From the sequence record MN850601.1: a DNA stretch of 64,000 bases; one strand, 5' to 3'. This stretch comes from Escherichia phage inny. The translations under genes were made by a program, and so were the position numbers. The notes beneath the pieces were generated by a model. The model searched no databases. It worked only from the letters and a program-made list of their open reading frames with translations, and was not told where the DNA came from. Every line of letters starts with the position of its first letter. Position 1 is the first letter of the stretch. Below, in pieces: positions 28,419-37,610 of the stretch.

Positions 28419-28803
28419 CTACACTCTCCTTCAATGTTTCAATAGCATCTGCTGCTTCAATATACTTACCTTTGTACATTGCTTTTAAAGCCTTACGAAC
28501 AAGATCATCGTCTGTGTATAAATCAATTAGCTGATTAGCTAACTCAATTTTTACAGGATTTTTTAAGTTAGGGTAGGCTTCATACAACATATTGTAATAC
28601 TTATCACTTAATTCTTTTTCAATATGAATAACGTGAATCGCTTTGTTTAGGTTGATCACACGATCACCTTTGTTTCGACAAGCATACTTAGCTAACTTAG
28701 TGAAACAAGGAGTTGCACCAATTAGATATGCAAGTTCCAAAGGTTGCATACGCATACGTTTGTAGTGATCACCATCAATTTGAATATCCAGTGCTGTAGT
28801 CAT
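28402..28803 (-). CDS. hypothetical protein (133 aa)
   Basis: ORF track. Confidence 0.45.
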   Translation of the reverse strand: MTTALDIQIDGDHYKRMRMQPLELAYLIGATPCFTKLAKYACRNKGDRVINLNKAIHVIHIEKELSDKYYNMLYEAYPNLKNPVKIELANQLIDLYTDDDLVRKALKAMYKGKYIEAADAIETLKESVDGFSR

Positions 28804-28812
28804 AAATCCTCC

Positions 28813-28841
28813 AAAAATAAAGGGGCTTTCGCCCCTTTTTT
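28813..28841 (-). terminator. rho-independent terminator (AGGGGCTTTCGCCCCT, copy 3 of 3; T-tracts on both sides)
   Basis: GC hairpin flanked by TTATTTTT on - strand and TTTTTT on + strand. Confidence 0.65.
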
Positions 28842-28842
28842 A

Positions 28843-29805
28843 TTAAATTCCAATAACAGTGTTTACACGCTTCTCTTTGCTACGCAAATTAACACGTCCA
28901 CGAGACAGGCTATTACATGATGTGCATCTTAGCACTTGGAATGTACTAACCGCTGTTGTGTAAACCTTACCAGGAACAACTTCAAGGTGCTCTTTACCGC
29001 AACGAGGACAACGAAGTTTTTCATCGTCATAGAATGCAGATACGTTAGGATGTTGTGGAATCCATGCACGAAGTTTGATGTAAAGATCTCTAAGAGAAAC
29101 AACATCACCATCATTGTATGTTTGCATACGGAAGAAGGCATGTCTATCTCCTTCACAACATGCTTTCCACAAAGGAAAACCTTCATTATCAAGTTTAAAG
29201 TTTTCTGTATCAAAATACAAACACATTTCTTTAAGCGCATTAGAAGGTAGTGCAAACTGCTTCTTAGCTGCCTTGAGTGTATCAATTACAACATAATGTG
29301 ATGGTGGCTCCATACCGTGAAAAGCAAAACGTTGGTTAATATAAGCCTTATCAAACTTAATACCGTTGTGCGCGATCACAATATCTGCATCGTCAAGCAA
29401 GTGCCAGAGATCTTGACATAATTCCCAATCATCTGTATGATCTATGTCAAACAAAGGGTAATTGCTAAGGTTCTTACCTTCTACTTCCCCTGTTTCTAAA
29501 TCAGCAGATGAATAGGAAAGCAAGTAACCTCGACGAATAACTTGTTCAGGTGCAATAAAGGCTTTGAAACGTGAGAAGCTATACACAATCTCCGGTGCTG
29601 TCTCTACGTCAATAATTTTAATTACTGGCCCACCTTTATCTTGCGGAGCACCACGATGTGGTGAATTTACACGAGCTAAGTAATCATTTACTGTGCTCTT
29701 CTTAGTAGAACTTCCCAACACCTCTTGTGCAATCTTACGCGAAGAATAACCTTGTGCTTTCATAGATACAATCAAGGCTTTCTGTTCGTCTGTTAATTTA
29801 CTCAA
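28843..29805 (-). CDS. DnaQ-like 3'-5' exonuclease (DEDD) with N-terminal HTH and C-terminal zinc finger
   Basis: IIDVETA (Exo I D-x-E), HNGIKFD (Exo II), YNDGD; CPRCG...CTSCN zinc ribbon; N-terminal HTH-like SSRKIAQEV. Confidence 0.5.
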   Translation of the reverse strand: MSKLTDEQKALIVSMKAQGYSSRKIAQEVLGSSTKKSTVNDYLARVNSPHRGAPQDKGGPVIKIIDVETAPEIVYSFSRFKAFIAPEQVIRRGYLLSYSSADLETGEVEGKNLSNYPLFDIDHTDDWELCQDLWHLLDDADIVIAHNGIKFDKAYINQRFAFHGMEPPSHYVVIDTLKAAKKQFALPSNALKEMCLYFDTENFKLDNEGFPLWKACCEGDRHAFFRMQTYNDGDVVSLRDLYIKLRAWIPQHPNVSAFYDDEKLRCPRCGKEHLEVVPGKVYTTAVSTFQVLRCTSCNSLSRGRVNLRSKEKRVNTVIGI

Positions 29806-30836
29806 TGTTCCTCCTGCTCTGAAATATATGCTTGTAGCATACTTTCAAAAGTTGTTTCATCATTCGCCCAACGTTTCATATATACCAACTGAAAAATTGT
29901 CTCTATCCATTCATCAGTTGTCATTTCTACTTCTTCACCATCCCAAGAAGTAAATTTAACGCCATCTGGGAACCATTCATAATACTGATCTTTAACTGTC
30001 TGAAAAAGTTCAGCCTGTGTTTTACATTTGGAAATAAGATTAAAGCAAGTAATATCTCCAAACTTAACATCGAAATCTTGGTAAGGTCGAATACTATCTG
30101 TCTTATCGCCCATTAGCATTTGATAAGCTAACCAGTAACTACCCCAACCCTTAACTTCTTTTTTCTTACCTTTTTCTACGATCCAGATATCACCGATAGA
30201 TTCATCAATCAGAATAACACAAGGATTTTTATAAACACCATCCTCTTTATAAAAGTTAAAGAGTAAACTTGGTGTGTGTAAGCTATCTTTGTCGATAGAT
30301 GCTACAATATGAGAAAACTTACCAGTTTCCTTGTAGGCTTTATACCCTGCATATCCATATATTTCTAAAGCATCATCTGCCTCAATACCAGTAACAACGT
30401 CACCGTTATGTTTTTCAACTAGATAATCTTTAGTATCTGATAATTGGATTGGTCTTAAATCTGATCGTTCTGATTTATATTCTTTTGGCATTTTGAAAGA
30501 ATGCCGGAATGTTTTTCCTACCCCGATGACACCGCAATACTTTTGAAGTTTTAGGTGATCCACCATCTGGGTTATTTTTGTCTTTGCAGCTTGAAACGTA
30601 AAAGAAATATTCTCTGGGACTATTTGAACATCTTTTATTTCAAAATCTTCCTTGGAGAACAACTTCTTACCAGCAGCTTCGCGTTGCGCGTTAAGTGCTC
30701 CTAACCATCCTCCAATATTTTTTGAAGATTTACCCCAAAAATCTGTTCTTGTTTCAAACTCTTTTACATTACCGGAAGCCTTGTGTACAGCGTGGATTTT
30801 TCTTTGTTCTAAAGCTGAAGACGCTTGGAACGCCAC
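29802..30836 (-). CDS. 5'-3' exonuclease / flap endonuclease family protein (RNase H-like)
   Basis: GIEADDALEIYGY (FEN G[YF]EADD) followed by SIDKDSL (FEN xDKD motif). Confidence 0.5.
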   Translation of the reverse strand: MAFQASSALEQRKIHAVHKASGNVKEFETRTDFWGKSSKNIGGWLGALNAQREAAGKKLFSKEDFEIKDVQIVPENISFTFQAAKTKITQMVDHLKLQKYCGVIGVGKTFRHSFKMPKEYKSERSDLRPIQLSDTKDYLVEKHNGDVVTGIEADDALEIYGYAGYKAYKETGKFSHIVASIDKDSLHTPSLLFNFYKEDGVYKNPCVILIDESIGDIWIVEKGKKKEVKGWGSYWLAYQMLMGDKTDSIRPYQDFDVKFGDITCFNLISKCKTQAELFQTVKDQYYEWFPDGVKFTSWDGEEVEMTTDEWIETIFQLVYMKRWANDETTFESMLQAYISEQEEH

Positions 30837-30928
30837 TTGATCGTAGTCTATTGCAAGAATTGTGTTCTCGTCAACATATTTGTGCAGGTCTTCCGGTTGG
30901 ATTAAAATGTAACCGCTAATATTACCTC

Positions 30929-31141
30929 CTATTCATCATCTGAACTCTCTGTTGAGAATGTTCGTGTGTAGGGACACTGACGACTTGCAGAAACCTCTAT
31001 AACCTTGTCGTACATACCGTTAGAGTAAAAACAGTATTTTGTACTTCCAGAAACTTGTTCTCCAGAATTAATTAAAGTTATTTGACCAGCATAAGAATAA
31101 GAACTGATTACTAAAAGTAAACCGACAAGAAGTTTTTTCAT
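30929..31141 (-). CDS. small secreted protein with signal peptide
   Basis: MKKLLVGLLLVISSYSYA signal peptide; two Cys in mature part. Confidence 0.5.
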   Translation of the reverse strand: MKKLLVGLLLVISSYSYAGQITLINSGEQVSGSTKYCFYSNGMYDKVIEVSASRQCPYTRTFSTESSDDE

Positions 31142-31215
31142 GGTGTGTCTCCTTAAAAGCCCACCTAACTAAGTAGGTAGGCATATTAACACATATTAAA
31201 TTAGTAAGTCAAGTA

Positions 31216-32100
31216 TTATTTTTGAATAGTTGACTTAATAAGGTCTTGCATAATACCACGGATTTCATTAAAGCACAGAAGGACAGATGCTTCAAAAGAT
31301 CCTTCTTCATCGTTAAAGTATTTAGGGAATTTAATACCACTCAACTTAAATTCTTTATCAACAATAAAGTTAACGAAACCGTCATATTCCAGGCCAATGG
31401 CAACAACGTGCTTACCATCTTCCATAAGTTCTACTGCACGAGATTCATAAAGGGATTCTTTACTCCATACAACCACACCTTCAGAATCTTCAAGTTTAAT
31501 ATAATTACCAAGGGTCAGTCGTTCAGCCTCATGTTCTTCTAAGATGGTATCAAAACCTTTAATAATGGCCTCTTCGTGTACACTAAACGGCAGGACTGGG
31601 AAAGTACCCAACACCTCACGAAGAAACACAGCAATATCTTCACTAATTTTCTTAGTACCATTAAGAACGTAGGTAATACTGTTTTCAGTGTCTACAACAA
31701 CATAGTTATAGAAATCATCTGCCTCTGTTTCTGGGAGCAGAGAAAACACGATATCAGCCTCAATTGCTTTCTTACTTTCTTTGTCCAAGAAGAATTCTTT
31801 AGTAGGATTTGCAGCAATAAACTCTTGTTCCATCTCTTTGAGTTTTTCATTAAGAATGCGTTTAACTTTTTTCTTGTTAACTTTCTTAACAGATTGCCCT
31901 ACTTTAATAACCTCTAAACCAGAGAACACTTTTACATAGGAACCATCATCTTCAAAACGAACAAGACCAATGGTATGCGCTTGTTGACCCTGTGCCACAA
32001 CAAAATCCAGCGGTTTGTCTGTTACTGTGTTCAGTGCGGAAATAGACAGACCATCACCAGAAATCAGGGTTACGCAAGATTTGAAATTTTTAGCAAACAT
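31216..32100 (-). CDS. RdgC-like recombination-associated protein
   Basis: LGTFPVLPFSVHE vs RdgC LGSLPVVPLSMEN; FVNFIVDKEFKLSGIKF vs RIQFVMCDDGSLKRLKF; size about 300 aa. Confidence 0.6.
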   Translation of the reverse strand: MFAKNFKSCVTLISGDGLSISALNTVTDKPLDFVVAQGQQAHTIGLVRFEDDGSYVKVFSGLEVIKVGQSVKKVNKKKVKRILNEKLKEMEQEFIAANPTKEFFLDKESKKAIEADIVFSLLPETEADDFYNYVVVDTENSITYVLNGTKKISEDIAVFLREVLGTFPVLPFSVHEEAIIKGFDTILEEHEAERLTLGNYIKLEDSEGVVVWSKESLYESRAVELMEDGKHVVAIGLEYDGFVNFIVDKEFKLSGIKFPKYFNDEEGSFEASVLLCFNEIRGIMQDLIKSTIQK

Positions 32101-32110
32101 AGTTTTCTCC

Positions 32111-32389
32111 TCAAATAATAACTACAAAATATTTTACACCATCATATTCGACAATATGATCAGGATATTTAAATCCTTTATAAGATTTACCAAACAGACT
32201 AACAGCCTCATTAGCTTTGTTTTGCGGATTACTCAGCCACTGTTCTTCTGTGTAAAACTTAAACTCTGTTCTCTTACCTTCTTTTTCTAAACCAACAATT
32301 TCCTGTGTGATATCTTCAATACCTGCATTCTTCAAGGATTTGATTACCTGACGCAAACCGTGTTTAAAGATATCTTCTGCTGTTAACAT
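32111..32389 (-). CDS. hypothetical protein (92 aa)
   Basis: ORF track. Confidence 0.45.
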   Translation of the reverse strand: MLTAEDIFKHGLRQVIKSLKNAGIEDITQEIVGLEKEGKRTEFKFYTEEQWLSNPQNKANEAVSLFGKSYKGFKYPDHIVEYDGVKYFVVII

Positions 32390-32397
32390 AATACCTC

Positions 32398-32425
32398 CAA
32401 TAAGCCCCCGAAGGGGCTTTATTTC
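32398..32425. terminator. terminator-like GC hairpin (orientation ambiguous)
   Basis: GCCCC-CGAA-GGGGC followed by TTTATTTCTT on + strand; lies between two - strand genes. Confidence 0.4.
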
Positions 32426-33148
32426 TTAAGCAATGATTGCTGCGATATTAGGTTTAACAAAGGTAGATGGTTTCATAATTTTACCTTTGTCATCAAAGAA
32501 TACGTATACCTTTTGAACTTCGTTATATACAGCATGTACCCCAGTATAAGAACCTTCTGCACGATCTTTGCTTCGCATCTCGATAGCATCGCACTCTTTT
32601 TCAAGAGCTTCAATAATATCCTTAGTTTCCCAAATAGCCAGGAGTTGCTTCTTGGTAGGATACTTGGACTCATTGCTATTCAACACTTCACGCATAACCT
32701 TCTTCTCGTTATAAACAGAACGCACCAAAGTATCTCGTGCCATACGGGTAAGTGTAAGAGACATTAAGGCAAATTGCAAGTCATTTTCTACCATTTTATC
32801 AAATTCAATGATAACATCGTAAATGTTCTCTGCCAGAACATCTCCTGTTGGCATTTCCAGAGCTTTATCAACACCTTCTTTACCAAAGAACATAAATGCC
32901 AGGTAGGATGCTACCACAAAAATATCTGCTGCTGCATCAAGTAATTCAACGTGATCATTTTCCTGTGCTGCTGCTTGAAACTCTTTAAGTTCTTCTCGTA
33001 CAAAAGAAAGTTGAGCTTCAAACATCTCTTGAGTAAATTCTGGGGTTACTCCACCACGTGCCTTAGCATTCCAAGCAACAATTTGATCGGCAGTTTTGAT
33101 AAAGAAGCTATTGTCCACTTTTACTTGTTTGAAAAAATTCTCGATCAT
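32426..33148 (-). CDS. MazG-like nucleotide pyrophosphohydrolase domain protein (putative)
   Basis: REELKEF...ELLDAAADI resembles MazG/all-alpha NTP-PPase ExxE...ExxD metal-binding helices; weak. Confidence 0.35.
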   Translation of the reverse strand: MIENFFKQVKVDNSFFIKTADQIVAWNAKARGGVTPEFTQEMFEAQLSFVREELKEFQAAAQENDHVELLDAAADIFVVASYLAFMFFGKEGVDKALEMPTGDVLAENIYDVIIEFDKMVENDLQFALMSLTLTRMARDTLVRSVYNEKKVMREVLNSNESKYPTKKQLLAIWETKDIIEALEKECDAIEMRSKDRAEGSYTGVHAVYNEVQKVYVFFDDKGKIMKPSTFVKPNIAAIIA

Positions 33149-33157
33149 TGTTTCTCC

Positions 33158-33337
33158 TTATTTAAAATATTGTTCTAACAAAACACTAATGCGAACTACC
33201 GATTCGCCCATATACGCCCCAGCACAGAGGAAAACAACAAATCTACAAAAATTGCAGTACCATTTGTCCACTGGAAACGAGGCTAACATTATAATTGCAA
33301 TAGCAATTAACATCATAAGAACTGTTACTAATACCAT
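33158..33337 (-). CDS. small membrane protein
   Basis: ORF trimmed to ATG after AAGAGG RBS; hydrophobic MVLVTVLMMLIAIAIIMLA. Confidence 0.4.
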   Translation of the reverse strand: MVLVTVLMMLIAIAIIMLASFPVDKWYCNFCRFVVFLCAGAYMGESVVRISVLLEQYFK

Positions 33338-33345
33338 ATTACCTC

Positions 33346-34461
33346 TTACTCTGCTGGTTCCCAAGTACCTGGAATCATCTTACGTACACGTACCCCAACA
33401 GGCTTGGTAGGAATACCTTCGTCTGAAAATTCTTCGTACTCTATTTCAACAAATTGACCAATAAGTGTCAAAGCATTTTCTTCTTTACGATAGTTAATGG
33501 TTTCATCTGAATCCTTACGCATCAGGAATTCGACTACTTTACCATTTTCCATCTCTCCTGTCAATACCCCGTCACCATTTTTATCACGCTTTGCACTTAC
33601 CACTTTAACTTCAAGCGTCTGCCGTGGTTTACGTTTAATAACATCATAAGAACGTTTATCGAATTCGTAAACACCTTTTGCGTTACGATACACCACACCT
33701 TCCGCTTTCTCACGTAGAGCTTTTGCATAGAAAGCATCAAACTGTTCTTGGTTTTCAATGTACTCTGTATGTACTACACAAATAAGTTCATCTAAACCTT
33801 TATCTTCAACAACTTCTTTTAGAGCAGCCAAAACTTGAACCCTCTTCTCAAATGGTACAGATGCCACAGGAACATCATATACATAGTATTTAAGAAGTGG
33901 TGTGTTAGCATTATGCTTTTTCCACGCACTATTAATTTGTTGAAGGCTAAGGACACCCAAACCAGCAAAAACTTCACCGTCAAGAGGATGACCAACTACT
34001 TCTTTAATGAAGGTTGGAATTTCTTCCCAGTGAGGTGGAAGTTTATATACCTCCCCAGCTTTAGATAAACATTCACCTTGCATGTTAATCATTGAACGTA
34101 GACCATTCAATTTATATTGTGCATAACCAGGGAACAAAACACGATCAGCATAATCTTTATAATCCTGACATTTCATGGGTGTGGAAGGAACATGGTTTTC
34201 AGCTTCCTCTTTTGTTTTATAGTACCCATTCTTAAGTTGCTTTGTCCATTTGGCAAGAGCTTCTATTTCAGCTTGTTCTTCTGCTGTTGTTTCATTTGAG
34301 CGACCAATATTTTTAGGTTCTGCCGTATAAGATTTGCTAGTGATCTTTCCACCTAATTGACCATGAGCAACAGTTACAACACTACCTTCGGTATAGACTG
34401 ACCACTGTCTAATTTTACCTGTAGAAGTTTTACCATATAATGTAGGATTAGTTTGTTTCAT
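33346..34461 (-). CDS. ATP-dependent polynucleotide ligase (DNA-ligase-like) with atypical motif I KLNGLR
   Basis: Motif I YKLNGLR (Asn where KxDGxR has Asp), motif III PLDGEVFA, motif IV EGVVYRN, motif V DVIKRKP, C-terminal OB-like; start trimmed to ATG after GGAGG. Confidence 0.65.
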   Translation of the reverse strand: MKQTNPTLYGKTSTGKIRQWSVYTEGSVVTVAHGQLGGKITSKSYTAEPKNIGRSNETTAEEQAEIEALAKWTKQLKNGYYKTKEEAENHVPSTPMKCQDYKDYADRVLFPGYAQYKLNGLRSMINMQGECLSKAGEVYKLPPHWEEIPTFIKEVVGHPLDGEVFAGLGVLSLQQINSAWKKHNANTPLLKYYVYDVPVASVPFEKRVQVLAALKEVVEDKGLDELICVVHTEYIENQEQFDAFYAKALREKAEGVVYRNAKGVYEFDKRSYDVIKRKPRQTLEVKVVSAKRDKNGDGVLTGEMENGKVVEFLMRKDSDETINYRKEENALTLIGQFVEIEYEEFSDEGIPTKPVGVRVRKMIPGTWEPAE

Positions 34462-34651
34462 CTTTAACCTCCAGTTGCGAAAGAACCCATTTAGCCATTT
34501 CAATTTCACCGTGTAGTCTGCCTAGTTCATAGGCATCATCAATATTACCACCAGTGTAATCATCCACCATAAAGTAAGGATCTTCACTACTGTTAGGCGC
34601 GTTTGCAATTCTCGTTAGTTCTTCAATAAATGTCATAGTTAACCTTACCAA
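34448..34651 (-). CDS. hypothetical acidic protein (67 aa)
   Basis: ORF track. Confidence 0.4.
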   Translation of the reverse strand: MVRLTMTFIEELTRIANAPNSSEDPYFMVDDYTGGNIDDAYELGRLHGEIEMAKWVLSQLEVKDETN

Positions 34652-34869
34652 TTATACACAAGAGTTTGAATTTCTTCCATCAAATCTTCAAGATCTGTAT
34701 CAACATATTCAGAAGATGTTGCCATAAAGTATGTAATCATTGTGAACCCTTCCGAAGAAAGGGCATCAAGGATATCATTAAACATATCTTCCATTTCAGT
34801 ATTCTCACCAAATGAAAATAACATTTGTTGATCTTCGCTTACACCTTTAACATAGATAGCTGTGCTCAT
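34645..34869 (-). CDS. hypothetical acidic protein (74 aa)
   Basis: ORF track. Confidence 0.4.
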   Translation of the reverse strand: MSTAIYVKGVSEDQQMLFSFGENTEMEDMFNDILDALSSEGFTMITYFMATSSEYVDTDLEDLMEEIQTLVYNW

Positions 34870-34872
34870 ATA

Positions 34873-35193
34873 TTAATCCTTAAGACGTTCATTTAAATCT
34901 GCAATAACATCATTTAAATCTTCACATTCCAGTGTTAACTCTGAAACTTGTTCATTCAAACAAGAAACTTCTTCATTTAGATCTGAAATAATGTTTTCTA
35001 ATGAATCTACTTGATCATCATATGAACGTTTTGTTTCTTCAAGGTCTTCCATAAGACTATCAATCAAATGCAGCAAAGATAAGATATAGCCGTCTCCTGT
35101 TTCGTTCCTCCACTCACTTCCGTAGCGATAAATAATAATTTCACCATCATCGACTACTGTAAAATACTTACCTTTACCAGAATAAATTTCCAT
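34873..35193 (-). CDS. hypothetical coiled-coil protein (106 aa)
   Basis: ORF track; heptad-like LxxLxxE repeats in C-terminal half. Confidence 0.45.
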   Translation of the reverse strand: MEIYSGKGKYFTVVDDGEIIIYRYGSEWRNETGDGYILSLLHLIDSLMEDLEETKRSYDDQVDSLENIISDLNEEVSCLNEQVSELTLECEDLNDVIADLNERLKD

Positions 35194-35202
35194 AAACTCT
35201 CC

Positions 35203-35607
35203 TTATTGTAGCTTAAGTGAACTGCGAAGACGTTCCTCTTGCTGATCACGAATATGTTGTGGAACCTCATGAATTGAATCGTTACCGTGCCTATTCTCCA
35301 CAACTAAAGAAATAACTTGATAACCAAACTCTTCAGCAAGAGTTAAATAAGGTTTAAGTTCTTTTTCTGTAGTAGAGGTATTAGAAACAATAATCTTTTC
35401 AACACCATACTGCATATATTTTTGTACTTTGACACGACACCATTGGTGTGCTTTATGGATATTCTCTTGTTTCCACTCATACACACCATCTTCAGTGTAG
35501 TGGTATTGATCTGCCTCACAAATAGGCCAATGATTTTCAGAGATAATTTCTGCTACTGTAGATTTACCTGCACCTGAAACACCACGTAAAATGATAAGTT
35601 GTTTCAT
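35203..35607 (-). CDS. P-loop polynucleotide kinase-like protein (Pnk kinase domain-like)
   Basis: MKQLIILRGVSGAGKSTVAEII resembles T4 Pnk N-terminal kinase P-loop; immediately follows ligase gene. Confidence 0.6.
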   Translation of the reverse strand: MKQLIILRGVSGAGKSTVAEIISENHWPICEADQYHYTEDGVYEWKQENIHKAHQWCRVKVQKYMQYGVEKIIVSNTSTTEKELKPYLTLAEEFGYQVISLVVENRHGNDSIHEVPQHIRDQQEERLRSSLKLQ

Positions 35608-36540
35608 TTAGCCTCCAAAGAAGTTTTCTATTTCTTTACGTCGCTCTTGTGGATCGAGAGCAGCCCATTGAGCCTTCGTAAATTTATTTCGAAGCCATTC
35701 TAGCAAAGTATAATATTCTTCGTCAACAATTTGTTTAGCATTGTTTGGGTTGTCCCAAATCATATCCCACTTCTTATTGCCACCACGCATAAGGAATTTC
35801 TTAGCAAGATAGTATGGTGACTTAATCTTTAAGAGTAAGTTAAACGGATAGTTTGTTTCACGAACAACAAAGCCTTCGTGTCTACAATGTTTAGACATTT
35901 CAACAACATCTGAAAATTTAATCATTGGATAAACTTCAGGACGTTTAAATTTTGTAATAGATGCAATCCCATCAAGAACACCTTCAGGTAACATGAAACT
36001 TGTCCCATCAAGATTTTGAATTCTTGCTCCAATTAAGTATGCGCCTGGTTCTTCTTCGACAATATGTGGATCAGAAGGATCACAGATTTCAAAAAGGAAA
36101 GTTGCTTTTGCACTTTCTGTCCACTTAATGAAATACTCTATGTCATCACACTCGGAAACAATACGGTTCTTGGCAATAGTTGCAAAGTCTGACTCTAGGC
36201 TCCCTGTTGTTGATACAACAAGTTGCCCTTTGTACACACCTACAGATGCCATAAAACCGTTTACTTTACGGACAGCATCTACAAATTCATCTCCTGGAAG
36301 ATCTGTACCATTCTCAAAACGATTAAAGATTTTAGTAAAAGGCCAAATAACAATATTATCTTCTGAATCAACAACCAACCCACGACAATCTAAAAGTCGT
36401 TTGTCAACGTTCCACAAGTTATCCCAGAATACATTGTTTTTGTATTTAAGTACAGCAAGACCAGCATACTCTCCAGATTTAACTTCTTTTTTATGCACTA
36501 AACCTTTTGCAATCAGGTCATCACAATTGAACTTAGCCAC
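35608..36540 (-). CDS. RNA ligase-like nucleotidyltransferase (Rnl family, motif I KVNG)
   Basis: VRKVNGFMASV (KxNG motif I), EGFVVRE (motif IV), LLLKIK (motif V); flanked by kinase and phosphoesterase. Confidence 0.55.
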   Translation of the reverse strand: MAKFNCDDLIAKGLVHKKEVKSGEYAGLAVLKYKNNVFWDNLWNVDKRLLDCRGLVVDSEDNIVIWPFTKIFNRFENGTDLPGDEFVDAVRKVNGFMASVGVYKGQLVVSTTGSLESDFATIAKNRIVSECDDIEYFIKWTESAKATFLFEICDPSDPHIVEEEPGAYLIGARIQNLDGTSFMLPEGVLDGIASITKFKRPEVYPMIKFSDVVEMSKHCRHEGFVVRETNYPFNLLLKIKSPYYLAKKFLMRGGNKKWDMIWDNPNNAKQIVDEEYYTLLEWLRNKFTKAQWAALDPQERRKEIENFFGG

Positions 36541-36541
36541 C

Positions 36542-37093
36542 TTAATCTCCTTTGATTATCTTATGATGATCTACAACAATAATATCACGCTTATCCATAA
36601 TAGAGATGATTTCGTCAAAATGTAAGATTTTCCCGTGTGCATCCCAACCAACATCCAACATTTTCCCATACAAATGATCAGGGAATGATCCGTGAGAGTG
36701 TCCGTGTAGCATGATTGATCCATGCCCTTGTTTATTCCAGGCAGCCATAGGGTAATGACTTAAGACGAAGAACAGCTTCTGATATTTCACTTCGTCATAA
36801 TACACAACTTCTCCATACTCTGCAAGCACTTTTCTGTGTTTACTGTAATCATGGTTCCCAACACAGTAAGTAATATCCCCTTGGAGACGGGAAGCAATCT
36901 TACGGGTATCTTCTTCAGTCCCGAAACAGAAGTCCCCAAGATGGTACATCTTTACTCCTGGTGTTGTGGCACATTTATTCCATGCTTCGATCAGTGCTTC
37001 TGTCATATGCTCCATATCTTCCCACGGGCGATATTCAGGAGCAAACTCTCGGATACGTTTGTGCATAAAATGCAAATCACTTGTAATAAACAT
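36542..37093 (-). CDS. calcineurin-like metallophosphoesterase
   Basis: SDLHF, GDFCFG, GNHDY, HGHSHG metal-binding motifs. Confidence 0.75.
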   Translation of the reverse strand: MFITSDLHFMHKRIREFAPEYRPWEDMEHMTEALIEAWNKCATTPGVKMYHLGDFCFGTEEDTRKIASRLQGDITYCVGNHDYSKHRKVLAEYGEVVYYDEVKYQKLFFVLSHYPMAAWNKQGHGSIMLHGHSHGSFPDHLYGKMLDVGWDAHGKILHFDEIISIMDKRDIIVVDHHKIIKGD

Positions 37094-37452
37094 TAGTATA
37101 ATCCCTCGCTGAATAGTTCACTGTTGTGACCATTTCTTTCGTAGTTAATTTGTTTGGCGTTATCTGCAATGATATAAGCATCTTTGCGACTCCACCAGTT
37201 ATAATACTGATCAATAAACCCTTGATTATCAGGTAAGCAAAACAGTTTATCAATCAATCCTGCATCTTTTAAAACATTAAGTTGTGCAGATAGTACAGGA
37301 TTTGCATGCCTAACACAAGGAATAATTAACTCTTCGCCATTATTGAGAATATACTTATTCGCAGCGCAGACTATAACACGTTGAGCATAGTGATCCTCAC
37401 CAAGCCAAGTAAGAGGTTGGTAACAAATATCATGTTGATTAGTAGCGCACAT
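37093..37452 (-). CDS. hypothetical protein (about 119 aa)
   Basis: ORF track 37093-37455 (TTG) trimmed to adjacent ATG. Confidence 0.45.
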   Translation of the reverse strand: MCATNQHDICYQPLTWLGEDHYAQRVIVCAANKYILNNGEELIIPCVRHANPVLSAQLNVLKDAGLIDKLFCLPDNQGFIDQYYNWWSRKDAYIIADNAKQINYERNGHNSELFSEGLY

Positions 37453-37601
37453 CAATTTTCTCCATACTCTTTTAATCTATCAGCGAAAAAACTGTAATCA
37501 GGAAGTAAAAGATCATTACTCGTATCGCTACAGTTTTCTTCCTCTTTATAGATAAAATGCCCTTCATCCTCTTCTTGCTCTGACCAAACTGAGTAATGCA
37601 T
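37452..37601 (-). CDS. small acidic protein (49 aa)
   Basis: Hand-translated; TGATG stop/start overlap with downstream gene suggests coupling; below ORF-track cutoff. Confidence 0.35.
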   Translation of the reverse strand: MHYSVWSEQEEDEGHFIYKEEENCSDTSNDLLLPDYSFFADRLKEYGEN

Positions 37602-37610
37602 AATACCTAC

